Part shown: in pieces, positions 7,857 to 15,750 of the stretch | How the letters are laid out: each line of letters opens with the position of its first letter | How positions within the stretch are numbered: position 1 is the first letter of the stretch | DNA from: an uncultured virus (IMG/VR IMGVR_UViG_3300035183_001031) | Taxonomy: Duplodnaviria; Heunggongvirae; Uroviricota; Caudoviricetes | Virus record (IMG/VR): IMGVR_UViG_3300035183_001031 | DNA length: 20,000 nucleotides | Direction: 5' to 3' (one strand) | The notes under the pieces: model-generated | Told to the model about the DNA's origin: nothing | Database searches by the model: none | Seen by the model: the letters and a program-made list of their open reading frames with translations, nothing else | Translations under genes and position numbers: made by a program

Positions 7857-9692
7857 ATGGCCGATGAATCTGTCTGGAAGAGGCTTACGCGGCTCTTCAG
7901 GAGCGGACCGGTCGTCCGTCATAAGATCGCAGGTGGGGAGAGGCTGGTCCAGCCTCAGGGGACCGCAAGGGCCTTCAAGAAGGAGCTCTCCTCACTCTAT
8001 GTGCGAACCCTGGCGAGCTACGCCAGTTATGAGCGACTTAGTCGATACAGCGACTATAACGAGATGGAGTATACTCCAGAGCTCCACTCGGCGTTGGACA
8101 TCTACGCTGACGAGGCGACGGTAAAGAACGATGACGGCGATGTGATCGAGATCACCTCCAAGAACGCCGAGATCAAGGAGGTTCTCGAGGAGCTCTTTTT
8201 CGAGATCATCGACATCAACTTTAACGCCTGGTCATGGATGCGTCATTTCTGTAAGTTCGGTGACCTCGTGCTGTTCGTCGATGCGACGGAGGAGAACGGA
8301 ATCTTAAACCTTATTCCGATCCCGATCAATGAGATCGAGCGTGAGGAGGGACACGATCCAAAGGATCCGCTGGCCGTCCAGTTCCGTTGGCAGACCAGGG
8401 GCAACATGATCATCCAGAATTGGCAGGTGATCCACTTTAGGTTGCTTGGAAACGATGCCTATCTGCCCTATGGATCTTCAGTGCTTGAGCCAGCCCGTCG
8501 GATTTGGCGGCAGTTGATCCTGATCGAGGATGCGATGTTGGTCTATCGCATTGTTCGGTCTCCGGAGCGTCGTGTGTTCCACATCGAGATCGCAAATACG
8601 CCTCCGGAACAGGTGGACGCCTTCATCGAACAGGTGAAGACGCAGATGAAGCGGAACACGATCATTGATTCTACGACTGGTCGTGTTGATCTTCGCTATA
8701 ACCCACTCTCGGTGGAGGAGGATTACTTCCTTCCGAAACGCGGTGAGCAGAAGTCCCATATCGACACGCTGACCGGCGGTCAGTTTACCGGTGACATCGA
8801 GGACGTCCAGTACATCCAGTCTAAGATGTTTGCGGCTCTCAAGATCCCCCGTGCGTATCTCGGTTACGAGGACCAGCTCGGTTCTAAGGCCACCCTCGCC
8901 CAGGAGGACGTTCGTTTTGCCAAGACCATCGAGCGCATCCAGGCGCTCTTCGTGGCTGAGCTAAACAAGATCGCGATTATTCACCTGTATCTTCTAGGAT
9001 ATCGTGGGGACGATCTTGTCAACTTCAACATTGCGATGGGCTCTCCGTCGACGGTGGCGGAACAGCAGAAGTTGGAGCTCTGGAGGATGAAGCTTGAGAT
9101 CGCCGGCATGGCCCAAGAGGGCGTATTCGACCGTGGCTTCGTCTATCGAAAGATCTTCAATCTGAATGATAGGCAGATCGCCACCATCAAGGACGGAAAG
9201 AGGATCGACAAGCTGGAGGACATTCTCCTAGCCTCGATTGAGCAGTCCGCAACGTCTTCCGTCGAAGGTGAGGCACCGGCCGTTGAGCCGCCAGCCCCAG
9301 GCGCCGATGAGCTTCCTCAGACCCTTGGTGGGCCTCCCGGTGGAGCTCCGGATGTCTCTAAGGTCCAGCAGATTGCATCCCACGTCCGTACCGGCAAGAG
9401 CCTGGTTGAGAAGTTCAATCCTGGATCCGCAGGCAACGATGCCTTCATTGCCGTCGATAAGGGAAAGGACCTCTTCTCGACCGGAGAGAATCCTCTGAAG
9501 TTGACCTTTGGCACCGAGAAGCAGACCGCATCGGATCCGTTCGATCGTCGGGCACTACGACGGATGATCACCCGTCCGTTTGCCATGTGGGAGAACGATG
9601 AGGATCCGAAGATGCCGGGCGAGGACGAGATCGATCAGGTCGAGGAGATGCTTCTTAGAGTCTCTGAGACTATCAACGACCGCCGTGGATGA
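7857..9692 (+). CDS. Portal protein (T4 gp20-like), 611 aa
   Basis: gp20 motifs LIEDAMLVYRIVRSPERRVFHIE, EEDYFLPKRG, IDTLTGG, IEDVQY, ALKIP, EDVRFAK; follows terL. Confidence 0.95.
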   Translation: MADESVWKRLTRLFRSGPVVRHKIAGGERLVQPQGTARAFKKELSSLYVRTLASYASYERLSRYSDYNEMEYTPELHSALDIYADEATVKNDDGDVIEITSKNAEIKEVLEELFFEIIDINFNAWSWMRHFCKFGDLVLFVDATEENGILNLIPIPINEIEREEGHDPKDPLAVQFRWQTRGNMIIQNWQVIHFRLLGNDAYLPYGSSVLEPARRIWRQLILIEDAMLVYRIVRSPERRVFHIEIANTPPEQVDAFIEQVKTQMKRNTIIDSTTGRVDLRYNPLSVEEDYFLPKRGEQKSHIDTLTGGQFTGDIEDVQYIQSKMFAALKIPRAYLGYEDQLGSKATLAQEDVRFAKTIERIQALFVAELNKIAIIHLYLLGYRGDDLVNFNIAMGSPSTVAEQQKLELWRMKLEIAGMAQEGVFDRGFVYRKIFNLNDRQIATIKDGKRIDKLEDILLASIEQSATSSVEGEAPAVEPPAPGADELPQTLGGPPGGAPDVSKVQQIASHVRTGKSLVEKFNPGSAGNDAFIAVDKGKDLFSTGENPLKLTFGTEKQTASDPFDRRALRRMITRPFAMWENDEDPKMPGEDEIDQVEEMLLRVSETINDRRG

Positions 9693-9697
9693 CGACA

Positions 9698-9703
9698 TAG
9701 TTA
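9698..9703 (+). promoter_or_regulatory. Candidate late promoter variant TAGTTA
   Basis: Lies in the 26-nt gap after the portal stop, just upstream of GGAGG (9711-9715); one mismatch to TACTTA. Confidence 0.3.
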
Positions 9704-9718
9704 CAGCGTCGGAGGAAA

Positions 9719-10570
9719 ATGGCAATGCAGAAGCTGCGCCACAACAAAAAGAGGAACCTGGGGCTCATCTATGAGTTTTTGACCCGCGAGATCTCAAGCG
9801 CATTGGTTGCGGAGGATCGCAACCGTGCCGCGAAGGCCATGGAGGTCATCTCCAAACATCTTGCTCCCGGGACTGAGCTCTATGATGAGCTCTCTCTCCA
9901 TCGCAAGGTGATGGAGTCAAGGGGCGTCAGCGAGAGGTTAGCTCGACGGATCATCGATGAACTGAAGGCCGCCGGCATTCGTCTTACGGCAAATTCAGCT
10001 CGCCGTGAGGCCGCCAAGTCTGCCATCATCCACGAGATGAACAAGAAGTTTGGAAAGGATATCTTTGATCGGTACCGTATCGCGGACTATACGGCCCATG
10101 CTTCCGTCAATATTCTGATGAATCGTGGGGTCGATGCTAGGCTGGATGAGGCGGTCGACGTCGCTCGCGTTGAGGAATATCTCATAGAGTTTCTTACCAG
10201 CGTACCGGCAGCTCCGGCCAAGTTTGACCGTGACGCATCACTCTATGCCTATAAGACCGCCGTCACTCTTTTTGAAGAGGAGTTCGGCAAGGAGCTAACC
10301 GCTTCGCAGGCCGCCCTTTTGAAGGAATACGTTAGGGTCTCTCTTGGCGGTAATCCGGCGCCACTTCAACGGACGTTTGAGAAGCAGAAGAACGAGCTAA
10401 GGGAGGCTCTCAGGTCTCATCGTCTCGATGAGGTCTTCCAATCTGATCCAGAGATGGCCGCTCGTCTCGATGAGGCCATCGAAGGGCTGGAGAAGCTTGA
10501 CTCTGTGACAGAGGAGGCAGTGGAGAAGCTGATGCTCTATCACAACCTTAGGAAGGAGATCGAGTCGTGA
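9719..10570 (+). CDS. Helical hypothetical protein downstream of portal (283 aa; start may be 9725)
   Basis: GGAGG at 9711-9715 is better spaced to ATG 9725. Basic N-terminus RHNKKRNLGLIYEFL; helical-looking; position in the head cluster suggests a head-assembly role (inference). Confidence 0.8.
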   Translation: MAMQKLRHNKKRNLGLIYEFLTREISSALVAEDRNRAAKAMEVISKHLAPGTELYDELSLHRKVMESRGVSERLARRIIDELKAAGIRLTANSARREAAKSAIIHEMNKKFGKDIFDRYRIADYTAHASVNILMNRGVDARLDEAVDVARVEEYLIEFLTSVPAAPAKFDRDASLYAYKTAVTLFEEEFGKELTASQAALLKEYVRVSLGGNPAPLQRTFEKQKNELREALRSHRLDEVFQSDPEMAARLDEAIEGLEKLDSVTEEAVEKLMLYHNLRKEIES

Positions 10571-12249
10571 ATCCACGTAGGCCTCGCATCCCTGCATATA
10601 AAGACCTTAACGCTCCGTACGAGCGTCAGAGGAAAGATGCCTTTGCCGCTTTAGGAAGTAATCGCAATATTTCAAAGGCGCTTGCCGTTGGAGCCGCGAT
10701 GAAGAACAACGGGTTTAGCGACAAGGAGTTTGATGTTCCCCTTGATTTTGAGGGTATGGACTTTGATGTTAGTGACAGTCCGCAGGAGCCCATTCCTCCA
10801 AAGAGGAAGGGTCCACCGTCAGCTGTCCCTGTGAAGAGGGATCCGTCCCTTGCGAACCGTGGACACTCATATAACCCTGGCATGCCTCCTGAGAGGAGGA
10901 ATTCGGCTCTTGTGGATCGTGGGATGTCTCTTATGAAGAGAGAGGCAGGGGAAGCGCCTCCGCCGGGGGCATCCCGTCGCCGGCGCCCCTCCCAAACGAT
11001 GCCGATGATGCCGAAGGTACAGGTTCCGACCGGTCCATCTCCTTCGGGAAAGTGGGATGTTACTCTCCCGACCGGAGCAGTGGTCCGTGTCCCCGCGGGA
11101 TCCGCTGAAGAGGCGCAGAGGACAGCCGGAGAGTGGTTGAAGCAACAACCACGAAAGCAGGGTGCGTCGGTCGGCGGTATGACGGTTGGAGGTCAGGTTC
11201 CGATTGTCGATCCGAACGCAGAGGTAGTCTGGAAGAACTTTCCTGTCGTTCCTTCTAACGAGTCTAGCGTGGGCGGTTCCATCGGGTCCGGTCCGCAGAG
11301 GCCTCTCGGTGAGATTGGCCTCGAGGCATTCCGACAAATGGTGAACAACCGGATCCAAGAGATCGTCAGAAAGAAGCCGGGCGGCGGCGGCTATAACCTC
11401 TATGCTCCAAATACAGGCAAGAAGAAGAAGCCGAAGCTTGTCGGGGAATTTCCAACTCGTTTAGCGGCAAAGCGTGCGGAGCTGGCCCGGTTCCCACCTA
11501 AGGATCCTGAGCAGCTGAAGCGGGCCCGTAAGCGTCTTGAGAAGCTCGCCAAGGATCCAAAGAAGAGGATCGAGAAGGAGAAGGAGGAGATGGGCGTCAA
11601 GAAGCCACGCCGGGCTGGTAAGCCCGTCGGCGATAGGAAGAAGGCCAAGAAAGAGTCCTTCATCCGTAGCCTGGCAGATGCTCTGAGCGAGAGGCTCTTT
11701 CGGGAAGGAGGACTCCCAGGGTCTCCATGGGATGAGAGGATCTCAGACCTTCCCTTGGATGCTCTGAGCCAGGACAGGAAACTCCACAGGTACCTCCAGG
11801 GAATGGAGAAGGCTTCGTTCGAAGCACTCGGTGATGGCCACCGTGCTCTTGCTAAAGTCATGCGTGGGCTCGCCAAGGTCAATCCAGGGGACATCTCTCA
11901 CGACTCCAACCATGGCAAGATGTCCATGCCGATCACGTTGGACGTCGATGGGGATGAGATCGGTCCGATCCACCTCTACATCGATGGCGGGCACGTCTGC
12001 ATCGAGATCTCTCCGGAGGCACAGAAGTCGATCGCGAGCCTCGATCCGCCCCGCGCTAAGGATATCAGGGGCGGTCTCATGTCATTTCAAGAGGATTATC
12101 TTCCGAAGATTGATCGGGCGCGCTCGGCGTGGAGTGAGAGGGACAACTATCTTGATACCCTCCACAGGAAGTTGGAGAAGATCGTCGGAGGAATGTCTCC
12201 GGTTGAACTCCATCTGGTTCAGCAGCTGATGACCAAGAGGGGGCATTAA
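10567..12249 (+). CDS. Large Pro/Lys/Arg-rich hypothetical protein (560 aa), putative internal head protein
   Basis: GTGA overlap, AAGGAG upstream. Disordered Pro-rich N-half, basic module IVRKKPGGGGYNLY...VGEFPTRLAAKRAE, Lys-rich stretch, ordered-looking C-terminal domain. Confidence 0.75.
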   Translation: MNPRRPRIPAYKDLNAPYERQRKDAFAALGSNRNISKALAVGAAMKNNGFSDKEFDVPLDFEGMDFDVSDSPQEPIPPKRKGPPSAVPVKRDPSLANRGHSYNPGMPPERRNSALVDRGMSLMKREAGEAPPPGASRRRRPSQTMPMMPKVQVPTGPSPSGKWDVTLPTGAVVRVPAGSAEEAQRTAGEWLKQQPRKQGASVGGMTVGGQVPIVDPNAEVVWKNFPVVPSNESSVGGSIGSGPQRPLGEIGLEAFRQMVNNRIQEIVRKKPGGGGYNLYAPNTGKKKKPKLVGEFPTRLAAKRAELARFPPKDPEQLKRARKRLEKLAKDPKKRIEKEKEEMGVKKPRRAGKPVGDRKKAKKESFIRSLADALSERLFREGGLPGSPWDERISDLPLDALSQDRKLHRYLQGMEKASFEALGDGHRALAKVMRGLAKVNPGDISHDSNHGKMSMPITLDVDGDEIGPIHLYIDGGHVCIEISPEAQKSIASLDPPRAKDIRGGLMSFQEDYLPKIDRARSAWSERDNYLDTLHRKLEKIVGGMSPVELHLVQQLMTKRGH

Positions 12250-12251
12250 AG

Positions 12252-12863
12252 ATGGGTGAGCGTAAGATCCTGAGGGAGTGGCTTCCTCTTGAGAGGAAGG
12301 AGGGAGGCAAATTTCTCATTGAGGATGCCCGTGCTTCCGGCGGCAGGCTCGTCCTGAGCGGTCCGATGCAGCGAGCCGAGGCTCCCAACCAGAACAAGCG
12401 AATCTATCCACGTCGGATCCTCCAGCGGGAGTTCGAGAACTACATGAAGGTGGTTCGTGAGAATCGCGCCATGGGGGAGCTTGACCACCCCGAGACCTCC
12501 ACGGTCAGCCTTGAGAAGGTCTCGCACCTGGTACGTGAGATGTGGTGGGATGGCGACACTTGGATGGGGAGGATCGAGGTCCTTCCGACTCCGATGGGTA
12601 AGATCCTTGAGAGTCTTGTCGACAGCGGGGTGACCCTTGGTATCTCCAGCCGTGGCGTCGGCTCGACCATGGCCAACGAGTCTGGCCTGGACCTCGTCAA
12701 GGACGACTTCACTCTTATCTGCTTCGACATGGTCGCAGAACCCTCAACACATGGGGCCTATATGTTCGCCGAGTCAGTGGATAAGAACCGCGGTGCTGTC
12801 CTGTCCCGTCCGGATCGGATCGCTCGGGCTCTCAACGAGCTGAAAGCAAAGGGTGACAAGTGA
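12252..12863 (+). CDS. Prohead core protease (T4 gp21-like), 203 aa
   Basis: NQNKRIYP, AMGELDHP (catalytic His), VSH, TPMGKI, GISSRGVGS (catalytic Ser), FDMVAEPSTHGA. Confidence 0.95.
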   Translation: MGERKILREWLPLERKEGGKFLIEDARASGGRLVLSGPMQRAEAPNQNKRIYPRRILQREFENYMKVVRENRAMGELDHPETSTVSLEKVSHLVREMWWDGDTWMGRIEVLPTPMGKILESLVDSGVTLGISSRGVGSTMANESGLDLVKDDFTLICFDMVAEPSTHGAYMFAESVDKNRGAVLSRPDRIARALNELKAKGDK

Positions 12864-13504
12864 GTCAGAAGCTAAGAGAGACGATCGATCGGATGGTTGA
12901 GGATGCCATCCGGCGGATCTTACCGGAGGTGATGAACGAGGTTTTGCTCAGGACGATTGCGAATGCCGATGTCTTGCAGGAACGTAGTCGACGACAGTCC
13001 GTCCCGATGCCTGAGAAGCATAGGGTCAACCGATCTTCCGTGCAACATGTCGTGAAGAACGTCCAGGCTTCCCGGCGGCCAGCCTCGCTCAGCCAGCTTC
13101 TTGACCCAGAGGCGGGTGCTGATTTCTACCGTGATCCGCGGATGGTCGTGGCTGGGGATGTCCATGAGGAAGAGGCCCCGCAACCTCTTGCCCAGAGGAT
13201 CCAAAGCCTTCCTCCGGCCCTTCAAAGCCTAGCGGAGGGGGTGGATTTGGACGACGATGGCGGTGAGATGTGGGAGGGTGAGATCGGTGACTCGGCCATT
13301 ACGGTCACCGAGATGGGACCCCCTCTTGAGAGGGCGGCCCAGGTCGTCGGGCTCGACTTCTCTCGTATGCAGCGGGCCATCCAGCTGACCGAGAAGAAAG
13401 CTGCGAAGGTTGATCAGTCGGATGCAAGGGCCCGAGCGCAGTTCGAGGAACAGCGCATCAAGATGATGCGTGAGAGGCTAAACGACGGTAAACCGTTGGA
13501 TTGA
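12860..13504 (+). CDS. Hypothetical head-cluster protein (214 aa)
   Basis: GTGA overlap with the protease stop; N-terminal amphipathic helix KLRETIDRMVEDAIRRILPEVMNEVLL. Confidence 0.75.
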   Translation: MSQKLRETIDRMVEDAIRRILPEVMNEVLLRTIANADVLQERSRRQSVPMPEKHRVNRSSVQHVVKNVQASRRPASLSQLLDPEAGADFYRDPRMVVAGDVHEEEAPQPLAQRIQSLPPALQSLAEGVDLDDDGGEMWEGEIGDSAITVTEMGPPLERAAQVVGLDFSRMQRAIQLTEKKAAKVDQSDARARAQFEEQRIKMMRERLNDGKPLD

Positions 13505-13505
13505 G

Positions 13506-14093
13506 ATGAGACGAAGCCTTTTGGAGCTGATGGAGTTCACAGGTGGTCCTTCGGGCTATACGACTGCGTTTACCCGCCCGGATCCATTGGACCCAAACGA
13601 TATAGTCCGGCAGAAGACCCGATCTCGTGCTTCGCAGTTTCCTTACGATCGTCCGATAACTTACGGGAGGTCTAGTCATGCCTCATTTGATGGGGATGAG
13701 AGACAGGATGGGGCCAACGATGGCCCTCCCTTGGCAAGACAGTATCGTTCCGGAAGTCCTCTGTCGGTGTGGGATCGTCTGAGTGACTCGGTCGTGGGAC
13801 CCATCGGAAGTGGATATGAGTCTGAGGTCCAGCCTGGGATCGGCAACCACGGTAGGATCGGCGAGGAGGGCGGAGACATCGATGCCGTCGACCTTGAGAT
13901 CGATGCCATCCAGAGAGACTTTCGCTCATCCTATGAGGAGGATCTCGACTCGGCCGACCCTCCGAACCTGTTCACCCTTCTAACGAGGTTCGATCCAGGA
14001 TCTTCGGCAGAGACATCCCATCCCGGGGATGAAGATGAGACGTACGACATTTATTCTCTATGGGCTGACCGGATGCCCGACCTCGAGGGATAA
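13506..14093 (+). CDS. Acidic, probably disordered hypothetical protein (195 aa)
   Basis: Starts 1 nt after the previous stop and fills the gap to the next gene; rich in D/E/G/S/P. Confidence 0.7.
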   Translation: MRRSLLELMEFTGGPSGYTTAFTRPDPLDPNDIVRQKTRSRASQFPYDRPITYGRSSHASFDGDERQDGANDGPPLARQYRSGSPLSVWDRLSDSVVGPIGSGYESEVQPGIGNHGRIGEEGGDIDAVDLEIDAIQRDFRSSYEEDLDSADPPNLFTLLTRFDPGSSAETSHPGDEDETYDIYSLWADRMPDLEG

Positions 14094-14096
14094 GCA

Positions 14097-14459
14097 ATGA
14101 AGGTTTCGATCACTGAGCTTAGGGACATGGTCGCGGAAGCAGTCCGCCGTACGCTTGCCGAGGCTCCTAAGAAGGGAAGCAGGCGGCCTCCGAAGGACGT
14201 TCCGATGGTCTCGGATGAGGCTGAGGCGGAGGTACGCAGGCGGAGGGTCCGTGGCATTCCGGGCTATGTGCAGTCTGACGTCAATGACTTCTCTAAGCCG
14301 CTCGGCCCCCTGAACACCTACAAGCGTCAAGGGGCTGCAAACATGGGCGGCTGGACGGCCGAGGCGATTGTTAGGAAGAAGATCAAGGAGATGCAGCTTC
14401 GGAAGCTGATCAGGATGATCGTTAACGAGGAAGTGTTGGCACGTCGTGGCAAGCGTTAA
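14097..14459 (+). CDS. Hypothetical head-cluster protein (120 aa)
   Basis: GAGGGA upstream; N-terminal MKVSITELRDMVAEAV and C-terminal LRKLIRMIVNEE amphipathic motifs. Confidence 0.75.
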   Translation: MKVSITELRDMVAEAVRRTLAEAPKKGSRRPPKDVPMVSDEAEAEVRRRRVRGIPGYVQSDVNDFSKPLGPLNTYKRQGAANMGGWTAEAIVRKKIKEMQLRKLIRMIVNEEVLARRGKR

Positions 14460-14637
14460 GGGTTTTCGACCTCTTCAGGTCACTATTGAGGAGACCGACG
14501 GATCCTTTGATAGGATGTTTCGTCGGTTTGTCCGAAGGATCAGGAACGACGGGATCTTGGATGAGGTCCGCGAGCGTAGAGGTTTTAGGAAGCCATCTGA
14601 GCGCCGGCGCCGGTCGGTAAAACGTGCTCCGCGGTAA
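14446..14637 (+). CDS. rpsU: Phage-encoded ribosomal protein bS21 (63 aa)
   Basis: MASVKGFRPLQVTIEETDGSFDRMFRRFVRRIRNDGILDEVRERRGFRKPSERRRRSVKRAPR fits the bS21 pattern (beta strand, ..RRF.R....GIL.E.R.R..F/Y.KPS..RR) in size and basicity. GTG start overlaps the previous gene. Confidence 0.85.
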   Translation: MASVKGFRPLQVTIEETDGSFDRMFRRFVRRIRNDGILDEVRERRGFRKPSERRRRSVKRAPR

Positions 14638-14670
14638 AAAAATTTTCGAGGCAGCTTTTTAGGGGACAGA

Positions 14671-15696
14671 ATGAGCATCGTCAATCGAGCCGTCAAGGAG
14701 TCTAAGGAGGTCGCCCGCCTTGCGGTGGACGCCGCCAAGAAAGAGCTCATTGAGGAGCTCAACCCGGTGGTCCAGAGGATCATTGAGAAGAACCTCCGCG
14801 CCGGTACACTCGGCGAGGATCTCGACCGTATCCGTCGTCATGAGGACGGCTACGGAGATGATTTTGAAGAGGGCAAGGACAACATGAAGAAGGATGACAA
14901 GCTTGAGTCGGTCGCGGCCCTTTTCCCGGGCGTGAATGAGGTGGCAGAGATGGACGAGCAGGCGATTGATGAGGCCGAGGAGGTTACTGAGATGGCTGAT
15001 GCCGTCGATGGATCCGCCGACGAGATGGATGAGGAGCTTGAGATCTCCGAGTCGGAGCTTGAGGAGATGTACGCGGAGGCCCTCCAGCTGGAGGTTGACG
15101 TGTCGAAGGGCTTCAAGGAGATGGCCAAGCCGCATGAGCTTGGCGCCGGCGCGAAGTACAACTCGAATTCAGAGCCGGCCGCGGTCACCGACCTGAAGGC
15201 CGGTGAGCACGAGTGGGACGACGAGGTCCCTCCGGCGAAGAAGGATTGGATTCCGGAGTCGATCCGGTCCCTCATCAAGCAGGGCATGGCGGAGAACAAG
15301 GCGCTTGCCGCCCAGAACGCCAAGCTCCGTGAGATGGTGCAGAAGATGCACAAGTCTCTCTCGGAGAGCAACCTCTTGAACGCGAAGATTCTCCACGTTA
15401 ACAAGTTCTTGACCTCCCACAGGCTCACGAATGAGCAGAAGCGGACGGTCATCGAAAATATCGACAAGGGTAGCACGGTCAGCGAGGTCAAGAGGATCTA
15501 TGGCGTCCTTGAGAGCTCGTTTAAGGCAGCCGGCGCGGTCACCGAGTCCGCCGCCCGTAGGCCCCGTGGTGATTCCCAGAAGCGCCGTACGTCCGGTGCA
15601 CCCGACGCGAAGGTCCTCCGTGAGTCGGCGGACAGGGCTGAGGGTAATGGCTTCGGTCGCTGGCAGCAGCTGGCCGGCCTGGTCAACGGCAAGTAA
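14671..15696 (+). CDS. Prohead core scaffolding protein (T4 gp22-like), 341 aa
   Basis: Very acidic centre (DEQAIDEAEEVTEMADAVDGSADEMDEELEISESELEE), coiled coil, SNLLNAKILHVNKF, C-terminal RWQQLAGL; directly precedes the capsid gene. Confidence 0.8.
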   Translation: MSIVNRAVKESKEVARLAVDAAKKELIEELNPVVQRIIEKNLRAGTLGEDLDRIRRHEDGYGDDFEEGKDNMKKDDKLESVAALFPGVNEVAEMDEQAIDEAEEVTEMADAVDGSADEMDEELEISESELEEMYAEALQLEVDVSKGFKEMAKPHELGAGAKYNSNSEPAAVTDLKAGEHEWDDEVPPAKKDWIPESIRSLIKQGMAENKALAAQNAKLREMVQKMHKSLSESNLLNAKILHVNKFLTSHRLTNEQKRTVIENIDKGSTVSEVKRIYGVLESSFKAAGAVTESAARRPRGDSQKRRTSGAPDAKVLRESADRAEGNGFGRWQQLAGLVNGK

Positions 15697-15750
15697 GCCG
15701 ATACCTCTGCAAGGAACCGACACACAGAGACTCGAAGGGAGAACCGACAG

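Noticed and set aside
6180..9692. Introns or inteins in terminase or portal
   Set aside because: Both are continuous and of normal core length, with no intein splice-junction or homing-endonuclease motifs visible.
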